64,000 nucleotides of DNA from Narcine bancroftii (lineage: Eukaryota), in the NCBI RefSeq assembly GCF_036971445.1, contig NC_091472.1, positions 121,892,001-121,956,000 of the forward strand, in the 5' to 3' direction. This document shows, in pieces, positions 1 through 11,338 of the stretch. The position numbers were made by a program, and so were the translations under genes. Below the pieces are notes generated by a model. That model searched no databases. It was not told where the DNA came from and worked only from the letters and a program-made list of their open reading frames with translations. How positions within the stretch are numbered: the first letter of the stretch is position 1; every line of letters begins with the position of its first letter.

Positions 1-375
1 AATAAACTTTAAGTTAAAAGCCACAAAATGATGGGCAAAAGGGCAAAAATCCAGGCATTTTCTGGGTTATGCTGGTACTTGTAATTTCTCTTATTCTGAC
101 AATGCATTCGAATTACCCCAAAAATCCCCACCCCATTTCAAAGCACCCCGACTCCCCCCCACTCCTGCTTCAACTCATCTCCCCCAGTCCAATCAGTTCA
201 TAGGTTCTTTTGCTTTAAAACCTCACTGCCCATTACACCTCCAGTCTCTCTTCATCTTTAATCCAAGACAATTAGATTTCAAACTTACAAAGAGAGCATC
301 AACGGTTTTCCTCCCCCACCTGGCTGTCAAATCTTACTATTTTTTTCTAGCCTGAGTCACCCTGTTTACTTTCCA

Positions 376-625
376 ATTTTTTAAAATTATTTTTTGATTT
401 TTCACACTGTGAACTATATCAATCAAAATACATACAAACATTTCCCTCTTAAGTATATACAGTGGCATTTTCTCCCCTTTTTTCCCCCTACCTTCCCTAT
501 CCCCCCCTTCCCACCCCCCTCCAAACCCATTAAACGTTCAACATATACAATACAATAAAACCATTAAACAAAATGTCATCACACAATGAAACTAAACAAG
601 AAAATTCTGTCACCTACTTTTACAC
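376..625 (-). mobile_element. 5'-truncated L1-type LINE 3' UTR fragment
   Basis: T-rich (poly-A) left end and a C-rich tract typical of a fish L1 3' UTR read antisense. 8-bp direct repeat actttcca at 368-375 and 626-633 (TSD). Confidence 0.6.
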
Positions 626-670
626 ACTTTCCACTTCTTGAGGGCAAGGAGAGTGTAGAGAAAAACCCTC

Positions 671-848
671 TGCAATGAACGTGGATTCACTAGCAGCTGG
701 CTCCGCCCTCATCTGTTCACATATAACCCTGGTTTCCCACCCAAACCCAGAACCCTTCCAAAGACTACTATGAAACCCTACCTATAGTTATAAGCTAATA
801 AAAGCATTGGTTCTCCCTCCAGTCGTGAAAGCTTTTATTCATGCAACA
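671..848 (+). repeat. 5' LTR of provirus 1 (178 bp)
   Basis: tgcaatgaac...catgcaaca. TATA-like atataa at 721 and AATAAA at 797. Aligns to 3197-3390. Confidence 0.95.
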
Positions 849-869
849 ATTTTATTAGCTTATTCCCTA

Positions 870-1290
870 ATGATGGAAGTTCTACTCAAGCCAGATATGC
901 TGCTGATAGACCCTCTCTCCCCCAACGTGGCTAAGGAGTTCACATACTGACTGGACTGCTTCCAGGTCTACATGAACGCGACCAGAGATGTCTTCTACAC
1001 CGATGAATGCAGTCATCAGGCACTGCTCTACGTATGACGTTGCTATTGAGGCAGTGTAGGCTCAGTACCTGAAGTCACATAACAAAGGACCAACTCGCTC
1101 TATGTTGCCAGTGGCCAGGAGAGACCCTCGATGACTACCTGCTGGATCTGTGGATGTTTGACAAGGAGTGCAGGTACAAAGTGGCTACGGGCCTTACTCG
1201 TGAGGAAAAACAGATCCAGGACACTCTAGTCGCAGGGGACAACTCAAGGTACATGAGGCAGTACCATGACGCCAACCTTCAGAGTTTTCT
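870..1290 (+). pseudogene. gag remnant of provirus 1
   Basis: ATG at 870 reads MMEVLLKPDMLLIDPLSPNVAKEFTY*LDCFQVY, resembling Mag-type gag N-termini. Has stops and frameshifts, then jumps directly into late RT. Confidence 0.7.
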
Positions 1291-3020
1291 CCACAGCGGC
1301 AAAAGCCCTGAACCTCACTTATAACTGACAAGTGCATCTTAAAGACTATCTTAAGGCTGACTATCCTTGGCTTTGTGTTGTTAAATGGCATCATTGTCCC
1401 TGATCCCGATAGGATGCACCCCATGTTAGAGCTCCCCATCTGCAGGACCACAAAGGCTTTGAGCAGATACCTGGAGTTTTTCTCATATTACACCCAGTGG
1501 ATCCTTCAATATACTGATAAAGTTCACCCTCTCTTAACAGCCACTAATATCCCCCTCTCGGCTGAAGCCCAAACAGCTCTTAACTACCTCCGGAACCATA
1601 TTGCAAAAGCCGCCAAGCACACAGTGGACGAGAATGTACCTTTCCAAGTGGAAAGCGATGCTTCAGACGTAGCCCTGGCTGCTACCCTCAACCAGTTTTT
1701 TTATTGCGGATAAAACAAGGCCACGAATTCCAGAACCCTCTGTGGAAAATGAGGATCAAGCCATTATAGAAGCCATGAGGCACTGGAGACACTACCTGGC
1801 TGGTAGAAAATTTACACTCCTCACTGACCAGCACTCAGTCACCTTCATGTTTAATAATGTCAAGAGGGGAAAAATCAAAAGTGACAAGATTGCTAAGTGG
1901 GTGATCGAGCTCTCCACCTACAATTATGACATTGCTTATTGTCCAAGAGCCCTTAATGACCCTCCAGATGCCTTATCCAGAGGAAGCTGTGCCTCTGCAC
2001 ATACTTGACAACTGTGGTCTGTACATAATGAGTCCTGCCATCCAGGGGTCACCTGCATGGCTCATTTTGTCAAGGCATGCAATCTGCCTGACTCTATGGA
2101 GGATATCAGGGAAATGACCAGGTTTTGCCAGGTCCGTGCAGAGTGCAAGCTGCACTTCTACTGCCCTGCCAAGGCCCACCTGATCAAGTTATCCAGGCCC
2201 TTCAAATGGCTCAGTGTTGTTTTAAGGGGCCTTTCCCCTCCATGAACAGAAACACTTTCTTCCTCTCTATCCGTGATGAGTACACCCACTTCCCGTTCAC
2301 CATTCCATGTCCAGACACGTCCACTTTGTCAGTCATAAATGCCCTAGACTCTAATTTTGCCCTGTTCGGGTATCCCATCTATATTCATAGCGACCGGGCC
2401 TCAGCCTTTATGAGTGACGAGCTACGTCAATACCTGTTGGTGAGGGGGATTGTGCACAGCAAGAGTACTAGCTACAACCCCCTGGGAGAATGGGCAGGTT
2501 GAAAAAAATGCCACAAATCTGGAAGGCTGTCAAACTAGCCCTGAAGTCAAAAGGCCTTCCAGACTCACACTGGCAGGAAGTCCTCCCAATGGTGCTCCAT
2601 TCCATCCAATCGCTGCTATGTACTACAACCAACACTACCCCTCACGAGCTCCTATTCACTTTCGAGGAAAGGTCAGCATCGGGAACTACACTCCCAATCT
2701 GGCTCACCACTCCTGGTCCTGTCCTTATCAGGAAGCACATAAGGAGAAGCAAGACCGACCCTCTGGTGGAAAGGGTGAAACTGCTCCACGCCAATCCCGC
2801 GTATGCCTATGAGGAGTACCCTGATGGCAGAGAGGACACCATCTCCATCAGGGACCTGGCACCCACCAGAACAGAGGGTCCATTGCCTCAGGTGCCCTGT
2901 GAGCCACACAGCTCAATCTTGCCACACCCAGTCAGGGCCTCAGGGAATCCGGTTCAGGAAGAAAGTGCATCCCCTCTATCTTTGAGCCAGAAATCCAGCC
3001 CACCTCTCCTCCCTCACTAG
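1290..3020 (+). pseudogene. pol remnant (RT C-terminus, RNase H, integrase)
   Basis: ORF pieces FQVESDASDVALAATL and AIIEAMRHWRHYLAGRKFTLLTDQ (RNase H); IHSDRASAFMS and STSYNP/NGQVEK (integrase core). Frameshifted; protease and most of RT are deleted. Confidence 0.92.
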
Positions 3021-3196
3021 GGGACCAGGAGACCCAAGGAGTCCAAGGCCCCCTGGTGCTAAGGCACTCCACCAGGATCTCCAGACCCCCAGACCAATGA
3101 AATCTGTAAATAACTGTATATTTTTCAACCATTTTTTTCTGAACCCATTTTCTCTGTCTTCATTCACAGACCCTAAATTTTTCAGGGAGGGTTGAA

Positions 3197-3390
3197 TGCA
3201 GTGAACTGGGATTCACTGGTAGTGTGTGGTGCTGATGGCTGGCCCCACCCCCATCTGCTCACATATAACCCTGGTTTCCAGTCTAAACCCAGAACCCTTC
3301 CAAAGACTACTGTGAAACCCTACCTGTAATTTTAAGCTAATAAAAGCTCTTGTTCTCCCTCCAGTCATAAGAGCTCTTATTCACATTACA
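3197..3390 (+). repeat. 3' LTR of provirus 1 (194 bp)
   Basis: tgcagtgaac...cacattaca, preceded by the PPT and followed by TSD ccctc. Confidence 0.95.
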
Positions 3391-4289
3391 CCCTCCATCT
3401 CACCTCTCAGTAGACATAGATTCAACCCCTCCTGAAAGCATCAACTGACTTCTTTGTCATGGAGGGGATGGTCAATTATCTGAGTGTAGAGGATGACATC
3501 ACCAATGGGAATTATTCTGCCCATCAAGTCTGTGCTGGCTGATGGCTGTTACTGTCAGTGATTACTACCTATGCAAATGCTCTGAAGTGCCACCAATTTG
3601 CAGTCCAAATGTACTCCCAGATTACTTTCATACATTCAATAACTGCAGCAGTTCCTGCAATCAAACACTCAACAATCCAAGAGAAACACAAAGACTGCAG
3701 ATGCTATAAACTTGAGCAAACAACTGAGCAGGTCAGAGGCAAGCTTGGGGAAAAGAGTCAGTCCACATTTCATGTTGGGACTCTTTACTGATAATGTCCA
3801 ATGCTGGAATAAGCCTGGTTCTCCACTTCCTATTCTAAGATATTTCCATACACCATAGAACAATATTCAATCTATCAAGTCTTTGCTTGCAGTCATCAAT
3901 CCCTTCCACACTTATTCCTCTGCAAATAACTCTCCCATGAACCCATCGGCTCCTCTCTGATTCTCCTCCCATTCACTTAAGCTAAAGGTGACTTACAGTA
4001 AGGAAGTGTAGAAAAAAAAATTAGTTAATTGTAAATTTCCTACTCACTGCTGCAGGTATTGTGTAAAATTCCCATCTGCCTAAACTGCTGAGTTGAAGTG
4101 AATTAATACCACCCTGCGACACAAGTTCCCAGGATCACATGATCTCTATTGCCCAATCAACTTCCTGCTGATTGAAGCTGTTCCGATCCAACTGCCTGTG
4201 TCACCTGACTCCAATTGCCAGGTGCAGCCTTCAGATCAAATCACTGCTGAAGGCTACTACAATATCTACCTCCAAGATCACTAAGTCTG

Positions 4290-4960
4290 CTACAGAAGTA
4301 AAACACGAAAATCTGTAGACACTGTGGTTGAAGTAAAAACACAAAGCTGGAGGAAACTCAACAGATCAAATAGCGTCCTTTATATAGCAGAGGTAAAAGT
4401 ACAGATCCAATGTTTCAGGCTTGAGCCCTTCTTCAAGGTATGGGAAAATGTCAGTGGTCGCCCGAACAAAAGAGTAGGGGGAGAAGTGGCTGCAAAGGCA
4501 GGAGGTGATAGGTGGAGAAGGGAGGGAGAGGACAGAAGTGAATAAGGGGAGGAGGGATAGCTAGGTGAATAGAGAGGAGGGGGAGGAGAACTGGAAAGGG
4601 GAAGAGGAGAGCAGGTTAGCAGAAACCAGAAAAGTTGATGTGAATTCCATCTGGCTGGACGGGGCCCAGAGAGAAAATCCAGGGTTGTTCCTTCAATTTG
4701 TGGGTGGTCTTGGTGGGATAGTAGTCAAGGCAATGGACAGACATGGGTGTATGGGAGTGTGACACAGAACTGAAATGGTTGGCTATTTGGAGATCTCTGA
4801 CACTGGTGCGGATGGAGCAAAGGTGCTCAGCGAAGTGATCTCCCAGTCTGTGCCCTGTCTCTCTGAATTAGAGAAGGCCACAAAGAGAGCACCAGATGCA
4901 GTAAAATCAATCAATCAAGTGTTGCTTCACTTGAAAGGCCTGTTTGCGACCCCCCCCCCC
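4290..4960 (-). mobile_element. Penelope-like element 3' end (GIY-YIG remnant and pLTR), inverted relative to the adjacent copy
   Basis: Minus strand gives KQAFQVKQH and a hammerhead-like motif at 4409-4438. Homologous to 6120-6346 and 29760-30360. Confidence 0.8.
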
Positions 4961-5039
4961 TGACTGTGATGAGGTAGTTGTGAAAGTTTGTATGTTTCTA
5001 ATATTATCTCAGTGTTAAAACACTTCACTTTAAGAAACC

Positions 5040-6346
5040 TGACTAGTCACCCTCCACCACCACCCTCCTCCACCTGGCAGAACTTGTACTCACTTTAAAC
5101 AACCTCTCCCTTTAACTCATCTCATTCTTCCAAATCAAAGGAGTAGCCATGGGTACCCACGTGGATCCCAGCTACACCTGCCTGCTTGTGGGCTTTGTGG
5201 AGCAATCCATGTTGCAAGTCTACACAGGCAAGGCTCCTCAACTCTTACTCCAGTACATTGATGACTACGTTGGGGCTGCCTCATGCACCTGTGATGAGCT
5301 TGTCAACTTCATCCACTTTGAGGCCATTTCCACTCCAGAGTCGGCGTCAGATGAGATCTAACTGGGGGGCAGTAGGGTATCCGCAGGAGGGCACAAACTG
5401 CCATTCGAGAATTCTCTCAGCGGGGTGGCTTACCTCCATGGACTTCCTCTGTCTGTCGTGCCATCACACTTCCCCCTCCCTCGAGCATTTCAGACAAACG
5501 TGCATACTTATAGCATATGGAGATGAAACCACTTGATTCATTTTGGTGACACCCCCTCTGATGGCATCACCCAGTGTGGTCCACAATCCCCTAGTGATGC
5601 TAGTGCTGTGGGTGGGTTGGGGCACAATAATTCATTAGGGGGGCAAGGCCTGCGAATGCCCCCAATGACACAGAGCCTGTTCTACCCCGATCTCAAACTC
5701 GCCTGGTCCATCTCTGACAACACTGTCCCCTTGCTGGATCTCCACTGCATCTGCTCGCAAGATGAGGTCTTCAGATCTGCCAAAATGTTTGCCTTCTTAT
5801 ACAACCGTGCCTTCCCCTCCACCACCTCAACAACATCTCTGTCATTTCCTGTTTATCTGCCCTGACTCCCTCTGCCCCAGATGCAACAAACACAGAATCC
5901 CCCTCATCTTCACCTACCACCCCACCAGCCTTCACATCCAACATATCATCCACCCGAACTTCCAGCACTTACAACAGGATCCCACTACCAGACACATTTT
6001 CCCCTTCTGTAGGGACTGCTCCCTCAGTGACTCCCTCGTGCACTCATCCCCCCACCTTGGCACCTTCTCCTGTGGCTGCAGGAGGTGCCACACGTGCCCA
6101 CACCTCCTCCGTCACCACAGTCCAGGACCCCAAACAGGCCTTTCAAGTGAAACAACACTTCACTGTGTATCCACAGGATGGCTTTACTGCATCTGGTGCT
6201 CCCTTTGTGGCCATCTCTACGTCAGAGAGATTGAGTGCAGGCTGGGAGATCGCTTCACTGAGCACCTTTACTCCATCTGCATCAGTGACTCTTTTGTTCG
6301 GTCACCTGCCGACATTTTTACATACCTTGATGAAGGGCTCAAGCCC
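5040..6346 (+). mobile_element. Penelope-like element, decayed RT and GIY-YIG
   Basis: FQIKGVAMGTHVDPSYTCLLVGFVEQ..YIDD (PLE RT), LKLAWSISDNTVPLLDL, YCIWCSLCGHLYVREIECRLGDRFTEHL (GIY-YIG). Confidence 0.88.
5336..5679. mobile_element. hAT-like MITE inserted in the Penelope RT
   Basis: Imperfect TIRs cagagtcggcgtca / tgacacagagcctg. Degenerate 8-bp TSD ttccactc / ttctaccc. The RT frame (..HF..FHP|DLKLAWS) resumes across it. Confidence 0.65.
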
Positions 6347-6349
6347 CAC

Positions 6350-6980
6350 AGGTTCCAACCACCCAGTCCGACTGCCGTTAGCTCCATACAGACTTTGAAT
6401 GGCCTCTTAAAGGAGCCGACAGTAGTTTTATTTAAAATCACATGACCACGAGGTCTGCGCCGAAGATGGTGGAGCCTATGATTGGCAGCAGCCATGAGGG
6501 GTTGCAGACACCAGGGAAACGGAGGACCAGCGCAGGGCCACAGGAACAAGGAAACCATCCCTCATCTGAGAAGGAGAAGCAGAGGAGGTGACCCACGGGG
6601 CAGTGACCACGGCAGTGGACGAGTGAGGGGTTATCTGGTGTGGGCTGTGGGCTGTTGGCAACTCGAGGCAAGGAACCCATGGAGAAACTGACTGAAGGTG
6701 TGCCAGGTATCAGAACCGGGTTTGAAGAGAGTGCCGAGGGTTCTTCATCATATTGGAGGTTCAGATCTGAGGCTCAGGTTGCTGATAGTTTGGATTGGAC
6801 TCTGTGTGGTTATGGATTCTGCGGGAGCGCTGGAGGCGAATCCACGAATACTCAGTGACTCGGGGGGGGGGGGGGGATCTCCCTCTTGCTTATCTTTCTC
6901 TGACTGTTCAAGGCATTTCAGGCAATTTCATGTAATATGGCACTGTTTTTATTCCATGACAATAAATTGAATCTTGAGAT
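6350..6980 (+). mobile_element. Unclassified non-autonomous retroelement (same family as 39770-40268)
   Basis: Non-coding body alignable with 39850-40170. 3' tail gacaataaattgaatcttga resembles the Rex1/L2-type tails in this window. Confidence 0.6.
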
Positions 6981-8473
6981 TTTCAATCTATTCTACGATC
7001 TGCACATGCACTGAACTTCTTTACTTGCTGCAGCCGAACAGATGCTTGCAAAGAAAAACTAGAATTGTAATCTAATTGAATTCAATGTCTTCTTGAGGCA
7101 GCCCCTCACATGTTTTCCATGGATGGGAGGCCAGAACCTGTGATGGACCTGGCAAAGTTTTTTTTTTACCTTCTGTGGCCTCTGCAATGAGACATTTGAA
7201 TTAATGACCAGGCAGTGACACAACCATTCCTTTCCATTCCTCTAATTGAATCTTCTTATTCCTCCTCGAGCCTGGATTCACTACACTTCTGACTCTTTCT
7301 GAAGCAGCTCTAGCTTAAAAAGGTGAGTACAAATAGCTGAACAAGATTTACATGGTAATCAAAACTTCACACGGTATTCCAGATGCAATTTCTAGTATTA
7401 TAGACCCACAAGCATAATATCCATGGATTTATACAATTGTATTATCATTTTGTTTGAAAGATCCTAGAGGCCTATATAACCATTTCTGTGTTCTTAGTCT
7501 GATTCTATTTTAAAGATTCATTGAACATGAAATTAGCTTTAATAACTCACACTCCTCTTTGCTGATTTTGTTTCAAAGATTCAATCACAATGGATTTATT
7601 GCTTTGAATTTAAGCTCTCTATATTCCAAAAGATAGATCTCAAATATGTTTTCTATACTATACCGGTACAGAACAAGAACTACAGCCCAGACCCTGCTCG
7701 CACATGGTCTAAATCCATTCTTGCCTCTTCAGTGTTGCTATCTTTGGAGTTTTAAAGACTTGGGTATTTTTATTAAAAGGTCTTCTCAATTGGAGTGGGG
7801 GTGGTGGAGGGGTTAGGGAATAATCTTGCTTTGCTTCCACCATCCTGGTTTGCTGCTACCATCATCCTTTCAAGGTCATGACCAACATGACTGGGGGTTT
7901 CTGTCAATCTCAGGGTATGTTCAATCTGGTACAATTCCACTGCCAAGCTTCAGAGACACCTTGTGTTATCAAGCCTTGTGGTTGCTTCACAAGCTTCATT
8001 TAGTCCCATCAAACATTGTATTCCACGTATGTTTGTGTGGTGAGATCACTGTTCTCGAATGTACATTGCTGAGGATTTTCCTAACGTAAAACCAAACAAG
8101 AGAATGTCCCAAATTAAGAGGAGCATTTCACTAAATATAAGTCAGGCTGGCTAATAATTGAAATATGGGCTGTTTAATAGGACACAATGGCTGAATTGTT
8201 GCTGCAAGAAATAATTTGGTTGCAAGAAATGTTGGCAAGGTTTCAGTACACACTAAATCTGATACTTTCCGCCAAGACTGAAACTTCCCTCTGAAGTGCA
8301 GCAAAGACGATTGCTGAGAGTCAAGGGTACACGTCATTCATGCAAACAGGCTTCTCTCTCCACGAGAAGTTCTCACGAACCTCACTTTTAAATGTCCGTC
8401 CTATTCTTTTAATTTTCTCCCCATGATCTTGAATTTTAGAACACATGGGAAACCTGAAGATGCACAAGGCATG

Positions 8474-8670
8474 GCAGATGCTGGAACTTGGAGCAAAACA
8501 CGATATGCTGGAGGAACTTGGTGGGATGTGCAGCATCAGTGGGAGATAAAAATGGCCAACATTTCAAGTCTAGTGTTGACAAGTCTCCAACCCGAAGGAT
8601 GAAAAATTTGTTTTCTCCCACTGTTGCTCTTCGACCTGTTGAGTCCCTCCAGCAGATTGGTTTTCTTTGC
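8474..8670. mobile_element. Short palindromic Penelope-derived element
   Basis: Left arm gctggaggaact..gcagcatcagtgggaga is the reverse complement of right arm tctcccactgttgct..gagtccctccagc. Confidence 0.65.
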
Positions 8671-9799
8671 TGGGGAATCAATCTGTCAGAAGCTTTGCAA
8701 AATAAATTGAGGGATTTATGACTGAGATTTATGCTGATGACTTGTTCTTCCTTGGTAATTAGTTCATTCTTAATAAATCCGGTGTGTGATTGACTTATCA
8801 GAAAAGCTTATGAGTGATTTTGTCCTATGACTGAGGGATACTTTAAAGTGGAACATATGGGAGTGGAAGACTTTCAACTGTGACATCTTTATGAAGGATG
8901 CACTAGATGTGAGCCATAAGATCTTTGTAGTTTCCCATAGCAATTTTTATTGAAATATTATGCACAAGTCTGCCCCTGCTTTGCATAGGGCTTTAATTCA
9001 CACTGGTGGGTTTATGAAGAATTACTCTTTGCATAACATGAGCAGTCGTTCATATGCTTAAAATAAACATTTTAATGATGGTGTTAAAATTTTACATGAA
9101 ATTGTTAAACAGTTCATTACCAAAGGAATTTCACCCCATTAGGCACTGTTTTACATGTTCTACAATGCACAGTGTGGTTCATTGCCCATTTTCACAGACC
9201 GGGTGCTTGAGGAAGGCTCAGGCCCCAAACTTTAGTAATATATCTTTACCTCTTCCGGATGCTGCAAGACCAGCTAAGTTCTTCTATCATGTCTGTGTTT
9301 TACTACAATCACAGATCTGCAGACTGCTGTGTTTTACTGCTTCCATGACACATAACTTCCGCTGACTAATATCAATGCTTGATTGCATTATTGCTCCATG
9401 CTGTTTGATCCTGGATTGAGAGGTGATGAACCACACAGTGAATTACAAGAAAACCTGTATGGTGCTTTCCACCACCCTCAACACATCTCAAGGTATTCAG
9501 TCATTAAGCACTCTTAGTTGTTGTTGTAGAAGAAGGTGGGCAATCGTTTATAGACTTCAGTATAAATGCATTAAAAGGAGTTGGTAACGTTCCAATGTGA
9601 TTACAACAGCATTCATTGCTCTCACCAGCAAGCAGAGGGTGCAGTGGGCACCATCCATTAAATGTATTGAAGTTATTCATCAAAGCTACTCCCCACAGAT
9701 TCCCCAAACTCTCATTCCTTACCACAAAGGACGAGGGCAGTGGAGGATGGCACCCCATTCCCTGCAGGTTCCATCTCTGAGTCACACTACACCCCATTA

Positions 9800-10145
9800 G
9801 GCCCATCCTGCCTATCTCTCTCTCTCTCTATTCCTCTGTCTCCTTATCCTTCATCTCTCTACCCCTTCCTTCTCCATTCAGAGCTATCCCCTCCCCCTAT
9901 CATTTCTCAGCTTTTTTCTCTTCTGCCCTCCCACCCAGATCCACCTATAACCTCTTGCCTGTGGGCCTGTGCTCCCCCACCCCTTACTTCACCTATTTAT
10001 TCAGGGGCCTGTCTGTTTTTTGCTCATACCTTGATGAAGGTCTCAGGACTTGCATATCTTTGCCATAAAGAACCCTGCATGACCTGCTGAGTTTCTCCAG
10101 CACTTTCATGTCTTAAACTACATTCATAGCATCTGCAGACTTTCC
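9800..10145 (+). mobile_element. Penelope-like 3' end / pLTR fragment
   Basis: Pyrimidine-rich tract, ccttgatgaagg motif at 10029, gacctgctgagtttctccagca..tctgcagact end shared with other PLE ends here. Confidence 0.7.
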
Positions 10146-10790
10146 AAGAACTCCCTCCCCATCACCACTCTGGAAGTACCTTCACCAGAAGGAATTTAGG
10201 AGTTCACTATCACCTTCTGAAGGGAAATGATAATAATGTTTATTGGCGTACACATGGTACAATATACACTAGCACTGAAATTCTTACAACCAGGTACTTT
10301 GTAAAATAAAATGACAAACACAACTTAAAAAAAACCAACTGCAACAGGATACTTAATTGAAATTTGGAATGGACATCAAATACTGTCCTTTCCAGTGATG
10401 TGTTGATCATGAAAGATGAATAAACTTTAAAAATATCCAATATCCCAGGCCACTATTGCATTAGACTTAATCTTTGCTCAAAACCTTGTATGGTGGGGAG
10501 TATATGTTCAGTTCTGAGAGGATTCATTTCTACACCTCTCCATGATCACTCCATTTCATGCTTGTATGGGCAAAATACAGCACTGACTTTAAGGTCTCAT
10601 CAATCCAACCAAGAACACCTTCCACTTAACCTCCTCTACCACACAGAACCAGCTCAAATGCCTCTCTAAAGTAATGCATGCAGGTGTGTTTTTGTGTAAT
10701 TATCCTCTGTATATTCAGATGAATTAGCCTCCATTAATTTTGGATGAAGCCTTTGAAAACCACTATCGGAGTTGTGAGGTTGGGGGTGCA

Positions 10791-11014
10791 TGTTTCATCT
10801 TGTATTCGTATGTGTGAGTTCTTGGACAACACATGGATGAAGGAAAAGGTTATTTATTTAAAAGTTGTTGTAAACAGCACCATGAGGCTGTAAGTCTCCA
10901 TTACAGATCTCACATACTGTGTGTCAGCCCCCTGCTGGCAGCCAAGTCTAATCAAACAGGAACTATAATCAAGGCCTTGCTAGTGGCCATGCAAACATGA
11001 TTACTATCATTACA
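10791..11014 (-). repeat. 3' LTR of provirus 2 (224 bp)
   Basis: tgtttcatc...cattaca, adjacent to the PPT (tctccctttctt on +). Confidence 0.93.
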
Positions 11015-11338
11015 TCTCCCTTTCTTAAAACAAAGGTAGCTTAGTTTTAACTACATGTTTTCCTTGTATAACTCGACAATTTTAACTTTAACATCAAGAA
11101 CTTACATTTTTATTGTTATCAACATTGATAACATGTTTTAAACATGTTTTGTGGGTTCACATTTACATACACTAAAACTTGAAGAGTGAATAAGATAGCA
11201 CTACTTCATTCTATAACAGGAGTCTTTAAATTTGCTCAATGAGTCTCTTAGGAAGATTCATATGTCCTGATGATCTCCTGATTGATTGTCCTTGAATCTG
11301 AGTTGTTGCCTGAGATGATGTCTTCTCAGATGTGTATT

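Larger units (their letters stand above)
671..3390 (+). mobile_element. Gypsy (Mag-like) LTR retrotransposon, internally deleted and decayed provirus
   Basis: TG..CA LTRs at 671-848 and 3197-3390. 5-bp TSD ccctc at 666-670 and 3391-3395. PPT agggagggttgaa directly before the 3' LTR. gag, RT, RNase H and integrase remnants inside. Confidence 0.95.

Noticed and set aside
7309-7329. Strong donor AAG|GTGAGT suggesting a micro-exon
   Set aside because: No convincing acceptor or frame context, and such motifs occur by chance in 64 kb.
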